DNA of 64,000 nucleotides from Lama glama (lineage: Eukaryota): contig CM052816.1 in assembly GCA_028534125.1 (NCBI GenBank), positions 58,406,001 to 58,470,000 on the forward strand. The letters are read 5' to 3'. The notes under the pieces were generated by a model that was given only the letters and a program-made list of their open reading frames with translations, was not told where the DNA came from and made no database searches. The translations under genes were made by a program, and so were the position numbers. How positions within the stretch are numbered: position 1 is the first letter of the stretch; each line of letters opens with the position of its first letter. This document shows, in pieces, positions 41,401 through 53,400 of this stretch.

Positions 41401-44400
41401 AGGGTATAGCTCAGTGGTCCAGTGCTTGTTTAGAATGCATGAGGTCCTGGGTTCAACCCTCAATATCTCCATTAAAATAAATAAATAAATAAATAAATAG
41501 ATAAATAAATAAATAAATAAACCTAATTACCCCCCCAAAATTTTAAAAATAAAACAGATTTATTTTAAAAAAAAAGAATGGTAACTTTTCCACAATTAAA
41601 AGAAATTTTTAATTATTTTTCAAAATGATTATATAATTTTTTAAAGTCCTGAAACAGAACTGAGGATTGGGAAAGACTTTACATTTTAAGAGACTTTAAA
41701 TGTTGTTGGATATAAGGGCAATAATCCTAGAATTATTTTGATAATGTTTCTCTGGAAAAGAAATTTTCAAAAATATTCAAAACAATATTTTTAAAGAACA
41801 GAAAAATACGTACTTTAGTATTTAGTGAAGGCACAGCACTGCAGTCACCGCTATGGCTCTGCAATGAACGTGTCTCAGTTTGTCTTGAGGTCCCAGTCTC
41901 CTCTGATTCACTTTTCCTTAGAGAAATGTCTATTCCAGTTTTTTCCAAATCTGTCACCTTTTCCTCAGTAGCACTGATCTCTTCTGCTCTGCTTTTCCTT
42001 AAGGAATTTTCTATTTCAGTTTCTTTCAAATTTGCTTCTGCTTTCTCAATGGCAGGTATCTTTTCTGATACTTCTTCCATTAGAGAAATGTCTCTATTTC
42101 CAGGTTCTTCCAAATCAGTCTTCCTTTCCCCTGTGGCACAGATCCCCACTTGTACCTTTTCCCTTGGGAAAATTTCTACCCCAGTTTCTTTCAAATCTAT
42201 TTCCATTTCATCACCTATAGTTTTGACCACTGAGGCCTTTTCTTGTGTAGATACTTCTCTTCTTTCAGTTTCTTCCAAATCTGTCTCCATTTCCTCAGCA
42301 GCACCAATCATCTCCAGTGTGTTCTCCCTTGCAGAAATTTCTTTTTCAGTTTCTTTCAAACCTGTCTCCATGTCACCTATAGCACTGACCTCCTCTGCAG
42401 CATTTTCCTGTAGGGGTATTTCCCTTCTTTCAGTCTCTTCCAAATCTGCCTCTCTTTCCTCAGTGGCATCAGTCACCTCTGGTACCTCCTCCCTTAGGAA
42501 AATCTCTCTTCCTGTTTCTTTTAAATCTGTCTCCATTTCCACAGTGATATCATTCATTTCTGATATTTTCTCCCTGGGAGAGATGGCTTTTCTTATGGTT
42601 TCTTTTAAGTCTGACTCCATTTCTTGAGTAGTATTAGTCTCCTCAGGAACCTTCTCCCTTGGTGAGGTTTCTAGTCTTACAGTTTCTCGCAAAGCTGCTG
42701 TCATCTCCTTAGGAGCAAGAATTTCCCCTGGTAACTCTTCCTTTGAGAAAATTTCTCTTCTTCCAGCTCTTCCTATATTTGGCTTCGGTTTCTGAAATCG
42801 AGTCTTTAGAATTGGGACTTGTTTATTTGCTTTACTATCTTCTTCAACACTATTTTAAAAAAAAAAAAAAGGCATAATCAAGTTTTAAACCAGACTGCCA
42901 ACTGAAGAGATGATGGTTGAGAAATCACTACTGAAAAGCCAGGAACTCTCAAATAAAAAATTTCTTTTAAATAAAAAAATTAAAAGTAAGGAAGTGCCAG
43001 GAATCTCTGAACTAAATTTAAAAACTAAAGGAGAGAAAATTCCATCCTTTGAACTTAGAGTAAATTTAAAAAAACACATTTATTATATACATAGAAATCT
43101 TATCAATAAGGTCTTAATTAAAGTAGCAGCTAAGAAAGACTCTCCAGTCCTCTACATTGGAGCTAGGCCAGTTTGTGCCTGCTATTCCTACCTCTTCACC
43201 CCTACTATCCTTTACCCAGACACATGTCTTGCTGTTAAGAGTTGAAGAACTCATTTATATGGCCAGATCTGACCAGGATCTTAAATAGCTGGATGGAAGT
43301 ATAATTTAAAGAAGGTGCAGAATACTTAAACAGGCTCATTCAGCTGTAAGAAGGTACACGACACGCCAGACTTCAAATGTAAAGACTGTAAAATAATAAA
43401 AATTACTGTAACTAGACAGTACATACATGGAAGTCCATTATTCTGTTCTCACTACTTTTGTGCCCTGACTATTCCCAAGAGGAAAAAGGTTTTCAAAGCA
43501 TATTAATTCTGTCAATTTGGTTCAGTATCCTCTGGTGGGGAAGTAACAAACAGAGCTTTGGCTATGTGAAGTATGAGTTTCTACATAAGAGTTTCACATA
43601 AAATTTATGTAAACCTTAAACAAAGGTAATATGTGATCAATCTAATCCCAAAGAAACAAATATTAAGAAAATAAGCAGCATTTTCATATTTGGATAGAGA
43701 CATCTAATTTAATGTCTATGTTAAGTGACAGTACCATCCACATTAGGTCTAATTTGTGATGAGTAAATCAACTCATCAAACCACCAACAACTGAGAAATC
43801 ATGAAGGCAATGACACAAACTGCCTTGAAAGGTGAATTTATACTTGTAAATATTATGTAACTTGATATACAGATAACAAATTAATCTGATTTGCTATTGT
43901 TTTCTAAAAAATTATTAATAATTTCTAAAATTTTACATATAATCCAAATATGATGAAGCTTACCTTAGACATTCATTAAGAGCCGTGGGCTCATCTGATT
44001 GCACATTTTGAAAAGAAGTATCCTTTTCTTCAGATTGTGATGTGATGTCTTCACACTCAAACTTTTCACATGACTGATCTATCTGTTCAGGAGTCTTAAT
44101 AGCAAATAACATTTTAAAAAATGTTTCCCATGTCACAATTAAACACCCATTTATAAAAGATTTCATCAAAAACTACATACAATTTGAGTTCAAGGAAAAT
44201 AGTAAACATTTCAAAATATAAAATGATATTCAAGAGGTGCTTTTTAATGTTTTTTCTTTAGATATAGAAAATGTCATAAGCCACACCTTTTACCTCATCT
44301 CAAAGCCCCCATTCTTTTTCTCCCAGTCAGAAAATAAGCAACTGCTTCAGTCTCATCTGTTAGAATTATCCCTTGGGTTCTATCTTACTAAGTCCTTTTG

Positions 44401-47400
44401 ATTATTATAATCACATTCTAGACCTTGGGAATTACAACAAAAGAGAATTAAACCTCAAAATATGCTAACTCTTTCGCTTTTCACAAAGACCTGTTATTAT
44501 GTAAATAATCCAAAATTTTTCATCTTTGTTGTTGGGATTATATTTTAGTAGGGAGCTTTTAATGTTTTATTTTGTTTAAGTTAGTATTAAAATTCATGTA
44601 CTTAGCTATGTTTTCAGAAGAGAAATGTAATTCAAACACCTGCTGAGTGATGGGGGAAAAGCAAATCCAAACACAAGTAAGGTGAAAGCAGACAATTCAT
44701 CATGTAAATGCTTCAAATCTAGAAAGTTGAGAGCTAAGTAGCTTTACAATTATCAAAGCTGCTGGCTATGAGACTTAGGCCTTAAATTTAATGAACAGTG
44801 TACATAAATGTATAATATTGTTGATTAAAAAGAGGGGTGAAAGTAGGCTTATGTTAAACTAAAACACTAGACGATATCAAAGTACTTACATCTCTGTCAA
44901 TACAGGATTCAGTTTCATTCTTCTCTACACTGGCCTCAGTTATTTCCCGTGACGTAAGAACTTCTTTTCTTTCAGCAGCTTTACCCACATTCGGTTTGGG
45001 CCTTTGCAATAAGCCCCTCATTAGTCGTGAAGGTCTGAAAGCCTTTGGCTGATTATCTTCCTGAAGACAAATTTTTTCACTCAAACTACAACAGTTACAA
45101 AGGAATAAAATTAATGGTCATTCTGAAGTCACATAATTAGTTGTATGTCACATAGTTGCTTGTTTTCAGTATTCCACTCTCCCAGGTATAAATAAGTAAA
45201 TCATCTGAAATACAAAATAATTAAACAGTGGCCTCAAGAACAACCTCAAAGGTATTCATACCTTAACTCACTAGAACACAGTCCTAGAAGCCTGACTATA
45301 AAAAAGCATTTTAAAATCAAATTTACATCACAATATTGGAAAAATTTGTATCTGACAAGCATGGAATACTACTCCCCACTGAGAAATAGTATTACCAATA
45401 TTAGTAATATTATTACTATTAGTAATAGTATTACCACTGTGTATTGTGTATCTCCAGGGCTGGGGCTGGGACACACATTATGGCACAAACATATAGTCCA
45501 GAATCCACTGGTTCAGATTTATATTGGAGCAAAGTCTATTCTAGATCTCCATTCCAAGTTCATTATTCCCTTTTAAAATCCCCTGCTATAAGAATACCCA
45601 GAAACACCATTAATTTATCTAATAAGACTTTGTTAAAATCTTGTTTTAATAAGCTGGAGAAGGGTAATTGTTAATTCACCAGATCCATACCATAATTTAC
45701 TTCTACAGTACCAAGCATAAAGAACATTATCCAAATGTTTCAACAATACCTACGGTTAAAAATAGACTTAAAAAAAAAAAACAGCCTTATGTACACTAGC
45801 TGAAAATAAAATTCAACATTATCAAGTAGAAAACAAGTCATTACAGTCATTCCTAAGAGTTATTATTTTTATTCTACTTCCTAAATACTTACTTAGATAC
45901 AGTGTCAGCTTCTGGGTTCTCTCTCTCTGAATTCTCCATTCCAGGAATATCAAATGTATTCATTTTATCCTTTTCCATGTGATTCTACAAATATAATTTT
46001 TTATATTTAATCTACTTAGTATAAAAAGTACAAATTTTCTAACAAACAAATAAATAGATGGAAATTAAAACAATGAAATTTCACTTTTTTGTACTTCTAT
46101 TAGAAGGAAGTTTTTAAAATCATAAATGCAAATTCAAATATTTTACACATATTATCTCATACATTACTGATAGAAGCACAAATTGGTAAATCCTTTCTGG
46201 AAAGTCTCTGGCAACATGAATCAAGAGCTTTAACAATGTTCATATTCTTTGACACAGTAATAGCATTTCTAAGACTCTATTCTAAAAAAAATATTTAGAC
46301 AAAGATTTAAGTACCAGGATGTTCACTGAAACATTATGCAAAATAGCAAACACTGTAAACAGACAAAATATCCAATAATGAATAAACGGTTAAACAAATC
46401 CAGTTACACCCATTGGCAGGATATTATCAAGTCACTTAAAACTATGTCTTCAAAAGACATTTAATGATATGGAAAAATATTTATGGAAAGTGAGAAAACC
46501 GAAGAAGGATAAAAAACTGAATAGCACTACTCAATCTTGTAAAAGAAAAGCTGGAAGGATATATTCCAAAAGACTGGTTGCATGTGGATAGTAAAATTAA
46601 GTAATTTTTGTTTTAATGTTTACATAAGTCTGTATTTCCCAATTTTCTAGAATTTAAAAACATCTTATAAGATTAAAATAATAGATTATAAAAAGTATGA
46701 TAAAAAAGAGATCACATAAGAGGAAAAAAGTAGACTAAAATTTTAGAAATTATTTTAGCAAAAATAAGACATTTTTAACAACATAACACTGGCAGGGACA
46801 TAAGGCAACAGGAACATTCATTTAATGCTTGTAGCAATGTAAATAGACTGATTTTTCTTTTTGACTGACAGTTTGACAATGCATAACAAGAACCATAAAA
46901 ATATTTAATTTGGCTTATTAATCCCATCACCTCTGGATATGGATTCCTTACCTAGTAACAAAATTGTCTGCTTTTATTTACAAGAGTTAAAAAAATGGAG
47001 ACAACCTAAACATTAGAAATGGTTAGGTAAACTAATAATATGTTAATAGCTGATGCAGCTATTAAAAAGATCAATTAACCTCAAGAAAGTGTACATGAAC
47101 TGTTTCAGAGAAGTTTTAAATGCTATATATGTTATGATTAAAACTATAGAAACGTTTACTTACATAAAAAGAGATAAAGTTTATAAAGGACAAACACAGA
47201 AATGTATCTATGTTTAGACAAAGGGGTTGTGGATATAATTTTATTATAGCTGGTTTAAGAAATATTTTGAATAAAAATTTTATATATTTATACAAAAGAC
47301 AAATCTGTCACTACTAAGGATGTTTGAAATGATATGTCCTAGATTCTAAAGAAAATGCATAAACATGAGACTAATAAGACATATTTAATATTAATGTACA

Positions 47401-50400
47401 AAGTTCTTATATTTTGGTTTTACTATCAGTAACATTTCCTTGTAATTAAAAGCTAAATATTTTTATTCCCAACTGTTCAGAAAAAAATTTTATAATTTTA
47501 GTTTTCATCAAGTCTCCAACTCCAGAGGGGAAGGTACAGCCCACTGCCTGGGTTCAACCCGTGTCTCCACTAAAAATAAATTAAAAAATAAATAAACCTA
47601 ATTACCTATCCCCTTCAATTAAAAAAAAAAAGATTCCATTCTGACAGAAGTATAAGTTACCAAATGGATGATTCTCTTTAAAAAACAAACAAACAAAAGT
47701 CTCTCATTCCATACCTTTTCAACTGAAGTTTCTAGATGCAAACTCTTGCTCTCTGCATCTGTTTTACCTTGTGAAAGAACTGATTTCTTCCCAACTGCCC
47801 TTGATAAATTGGGTTTAGGTCTCTGTAATCGTCCTCTCGTCATTGGTTTAATATTTTCTGTTTGATCAGTTTCCCTAGAAAATTAACATTATTTAAACTG
47901 CACCAACACGCAGGCATATTCAAAAGGAAAATTTTTTAAAAATCCAGAGACAGAAAAAAACTCCTTTAAGCTTACAACAAAAGTAGCATAGAAAACTGAA
48001 CAAGAAGAGCAATGAAGGGGTAACTAATTTGTTTTATCCAATGTTAAAAATATACTATTCAGCATCAATAATCAAAATTCTGTGGTACTGACAGGAATAA
48101 ACAGATAAATGGAACACAAAAGAAAACTGAGAAAATGACTCCAAAACACATACGATTATAGTATATAATAAAGTTAGCATTTCAAAACAGTTGAGGATAA
48201 GATGAAATACAAAATAATGTATTTTAAAAATAAATACTAAATTAAATTAATTATGATGGGGAAACTGATAATACTGTGGAATAAAATAAAATTACCTCCA
48301 TTCTTTGTACTGTACTCACAATATATTCTAAATGGATCCAAGATTTAAATGAAACCATAGAGAAAACATGAATGCGTTCATAACCCCGAGATAGGATAAG
48401 CCTTTTTCAAACTTAATTAAAAGTTCAGGAGCCATAAAACAAAAAAAAGAGAGAAACTTGGTAACATAAAAATCAAAAAATTTACATAGCCAAAACATGA
48501 CTAAATCAAATGATAAACCAGAAAAGTATGTTTTACAACTCGTACAACAGGCTAACCTCTCTAAAATATAAAGAGCTCCTACAAAACAGTACCAAAAACT
48601 CATTAGGGGGAGGGTATAGCTCAGTTGGTAGAGTGCCTGCTTAGTATGCACAAGGTCCTGGGTTCGATCACCAGTACCTTCATTAAAAAATAAACCTAAT
48701 TACTCCTACCAAAAGGGAAAGAAAAAACTCATTAAAAAACTGGACAAAGGATGCAAACAACTCACAAAAAGAAAACAAAATAAAAATAGATTTTAAATGT
48801 GAAAAGATGCTCAACTTCACTTCAAAGTAAAAGCTGATAGAGCAAGTGAGCACAAATGTGACAAAACGTTAAGAATCAGAGAATCTATGGGAAATCATAT
48901 ATAAATGTTCATTGTTCTATTCTTTTGACTTTTCTTAAGGTTAGAAAATTTTTAAATAAGCAACTGAAAGAAAAGAATGAAAGAATTACATTATCACTGT
49001 CAAAAAAAGGTGTGGGGTAGAGATATCATACTGAGAGATTATTTTATAATCTATCAAGACCAACAAAAATCCAAGTTTTATAACACTGTTGATAAGGGAG
49101 ACATTTCTCACATTGTTGGTGGGAATATAAACTAGAATAATTCCTAGGGAGAGCATTTTTGAAATACCTATCAGAATCATAAAGGTATAAATGTACACAA
49201 ACACCTATATATCCTCTGGGCTAGCAATCCCATTTTAAGGAACTTATCCTACAAATACACTTACACAAAGATGAAAGGACAGAGGTGTACGTTTCTAAGC
49301 ATTTTGTAAAAACAACATATATAGCCATCAACAGGGCCTGATAATAAATACTGTGATTCATCAATACAACAGAACACTATGCAAGTATAAAAAGAATAAG
49401 GAAGGTCTTTACATAAAAATATGAAGATATAAGACCAAACAATTGCAAAATGGTATGTATAATATTACCATTAGGTTTTTTAAAAGAGTAAAAAAATATG
49501 TGTGTGTGTGTGTGTGTGTGTGAGTATTTCTAGTAGCTTTAATGTTGTTTTAAAAAAAAAAATCTCTGAAAGAATATAAGAAATAAATAACAGTGGTTAC
49601 TTGTTAGAGTGAGTTGGGGACATAGTAGGAGGGACACTCCACTCTATACCTTCTCATACTTTTGGATGTTTGAAAGATAGGAATATATTGCTTATTCCAA
49701 AGACCAGTTTAAATTTTTATTTAAAAGTTAAGTTCGCTTCTCAATGTACTATGCTTTACTGAAAATAAGAATTCATAAACTAAATAGCTTTTAAGCCCAT
49801 ATGAGGAGCTAGGAAGGAGATAAAAAGGAAGTCTGAATTTTTGAGATACATTTTCAAAGGGAGATCCTTGTGGTGCTTTTATTCTGTTTGTAGTGAAGAT
49901 AGTCATTTAACCAGTATTTTCCTACTAGAAAATGTAATACATAATCTCTTTAAACACATCAATATCAAAATCTACTACTTTGACAATAGGCATGAAAAAT
50001 AAACCAAGTAAAAGTTAAATCTCATAGCAAATATTTAGGTTTCCAAATTACTTTAGAATTTTATCATAAGGTATCACTTTGCTATAACTCATATCACTAT
50101 TATACATCAGATATAAAAGACAATCTTTCTGTAGTGAAACATAAAGTGAAAAACCTTGATATCACTAGGACCACAAAACAATTATATAAAGTGGTCTGCA
50201 GTCCCTTCCTAATTCCTAAAGGAAGCAACATTATCATGTTTTAAATAAGAAATTATCAAAATTTTGAAAATAAACTTTAAAATCCTACCATGTAAAATAC
50301 TTACAGTGATTTATTTTTTAGGTCAACATTTCTTTCTTCTGTGTAACTGTCCTCAGCATTATTCACCTTACACAGTGCTCTCATGCCAACTTCTGAGGAA

Positions 50401-53400
50401 GGCAAATCTGAAGTACTTGATTCTGAAGTCTCAGTTGCTATTGATAAAGCATCTTGTTGGCTACTAAGGAAATGAAAACATATCAGAGGAAAACAATTCT
50501 TAGTAATACATATTTCATCCTAATTATTTAAAAGATTTTTTAAAATATACAAAGCCAAAACTTTGGAAGATGATCCTTCATATCATGGAATAATCAAAAT
50601 GGATATGGCAAGAAGCACCATGCTATTGAAAAACACTGTACCTCTGAAGATAGTAACAGCCACAAATTTACAGGGAAAGTGCTCAAGAAGTCACAAAATA
50701 AAGAACTCTTAATTATATGGGGTTCACAAATCAAACATATGTGTGAAATCATAATAATGTTTAGGAATTAACTTTCATTAAAATGTTATATAGATAATCC
50801 TTGCTTTGCATGGTACTGTGTTAACCAAAATGTCATATAAATCTAGGACACAGTTCCAACACACACAAGTTACAGTTAACACTGTATTATGAAAACAGAG
50901 GATCACTGTATTATGAAATACTTCAATTAACAATAATATAGGGGGAGGATATAGCTCAAGTGGTAGAGCACATGCCTAGCATGCCTGAGGTCCTGGGTTC
51001 AATTCTCAATACCTCCACTGAAAAATCAAATAAATAAATAAACCTAATTACCTCCTCCCTGCAAAAGGAAAAAAATTAAAAAAAAAAAAAAAAAAACCGA
51101 TGGCACGTACTAACTAGCACTCAGTTTTCAGCACAAATTCATATTTAGTCATGCTTCCTTTTTTTTTTTTTTGGCAATTTTTTTCTACTAGGTGTTTGTC
51201 TTTTCCCAACCGACCTGTCAGAGCTCCTTATATATTTTTTCTTGGTTAGATGTTACACATAAAACCTCCCAAACAGCAGCCTGCATTTCACTTTCTTCAC
51301 GGAGCCTTTTGTCAACAGAAGTATTTAATTTTACTGCAGTTGAATTTATCAGTTTTATCCATTAAATGGTTGTGCTTTTTATGTCTTAAGAAATTCTTGA
51401 CATCACAAAGATATTTTTTCTACATTTTCTTCAAAAAGTTATAAAGATGTGCTTTATACATGTAGTCTTTATTAAATAGTTCAGAAAGTTAGTGTATAGG
51501 GTAAAATAGGGATCTAATATTATCTTTTTCATATCTAAGCACCATTTAATGAATAGTTAGTCCAACCCTTAGCCACTAATTTCTAATGCTACCTCTGCCA
51601 TATCAGATTCCTAAATTTCTCTTCTTAGATTCTACACCTATTTCCTCTCTACATCCAGTTCCTTTCAATTTGTCCCTCACCAGTACCACACTGCTTTAAT
51701 CACTCTAGCTTTAGAATAAGTCTCAGTACATTTCTTCTCTACAGTTGTTTTTCAAAATTGTCTTTACCATTCACGACCCTTTACTCTTGTCTACATAACA
51801 ATTTTAGAATCAGCATACTGTTTTACAAAACCAGCTGGGACTTTTAACAGTCATTACAGGGTTGTTTTTCTCCTAAAAAAAGTCATCAGTATTATTTTGT
51901 GCATAATTTAAGAAATTAGTTGTGTTGCTGAGGTTACAATTTAGATGTCTGTCACCCAACAAATTCAGGACCCGAGGTCTGTGGCATGGCTTCAGAGAAA
52001 CTATTAATCTTCTGAATTGTATGAATAAATTGGCACATGTCCATATATGTGTATTTTTTCTATATGAGAATAAACGGCTTTCAAATTTTTCAGAAGAGGG
52101 ACATATAGACCAAGGGAACAGAAGAGACAGACCAGAAATAAACCCACACATATATAGTCAAATGATCTTTGACAAAGTGCCAAAACTACACAATAGGAAA
52201 TGGATAGTCTCTTCAATAAGTGATGTTGGGAAAGCTGGATATCCATATGCAAAAAAAAAAAAAGAAACTGGACCTTTATTTCATACCATACACAAAAATC
52301 AGCTCAAAATAGATTAAAGACTTAAAGATAATACTTAAACTACTAAACTGCTAGAAGAAAACATGGCGGGAAGCTTCACAACACTGGTATTGGCAATGAT
52401 TTCTTGGATATGACATAAAAGGCACAGGCAACAAAAGCAAAAATAGACAAGTGGGATAGTAACAAACTAAAAAACTTCTGCACAGCAAAATAAACAATCA
52501 ACAGAGTCAAAAGGCAACCTATGGAATGGAGAAAAAAATCTGCAAACCACATATCTGATAAGGGCTAATAACCAAAATATAAAAGGAACTCCTACAATTC
52601 AACAGCAAAAAACCCCAAGTAACTCAATTAAAAAATCGGAAAAGGAATTGAACACACATTTCTCCAAAGAAGACATACAAATGGCCAACAATAACATTTA
52701 AACAAACTCAGCATCACAATTATCAGGAAAATGCAAAACAATTTCACCATAGGGTATCACCTCACACCTGTCAGGTCATTATATATTAATTCAAAAAAAC
52801 AAAACAAAACAGAAAGTAACAAATGCTGGCAATGATATGGAAAAACTGGAATCCTTACGCATTGTGCATAGGAATGTAAAATGCAGCCACGATGAAAAAC
52901 AGTATGGAAGCCCTTCAAAAATTAAAAACAGAGTTATCTTATCATCTACCAATTCCCCTTCTGGCCATTTATTCCAGAAGAATTGAAAACAAGATCTCAA
53001 AGAAATACCTTCACTTCCATGTTTATTGCAGCATTATCCACAATAGCCAAAAGATGAAAACAACCTAAATGTCCCAGAAAAATGAATACAGAAAATGTAA
53101 TATATACACACAATGGAGTATTATTTGACCAAAGAAAAGGAAATCCTGTCATATGCTAATAACACGGATGACCCTTGAAAACATTATGCTAGGTGAAATA
53201 AGCCAGTTATAGAAGAACAAATATTACATGATTCCACTTACATGAGGTATCTAAGGTAACCAAACTCATAGAAACAGAAAGTAGAATTGTGGTTGCCAGG
53301 GACTGGGGTAAAAAGGAAATATTGAGTTCAATGAAGAGATTTTCAGTCACGCAAGATGGAAATGCTCTAGAGATCTGCTGTACAACACTGTGCTTATAGT

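Noticed and set aside
41926..42627. 233-aa Ser-rich ORF on the + strand
   Set aside because: Antisense shadow of the repetitive Glu/Lys/Thr-rich BDP1 exon 17; no independent support.
45386..45436. Short imperfect repeat (agtattaccaatattagtaatattattactattagtaatagtattacc)
   Set aside because: AT-rich low-complexity slippage, too short and degenerate to support any function.
48606..48680. tRNA-like sequences with A and B boxes (and ~14 similar copies)
   Set aside because: They share a non-tRNA tail (aacctaattacc), A-rich ends, TSDs and divergent stems, so they are SINEs rather than tRNA genes.
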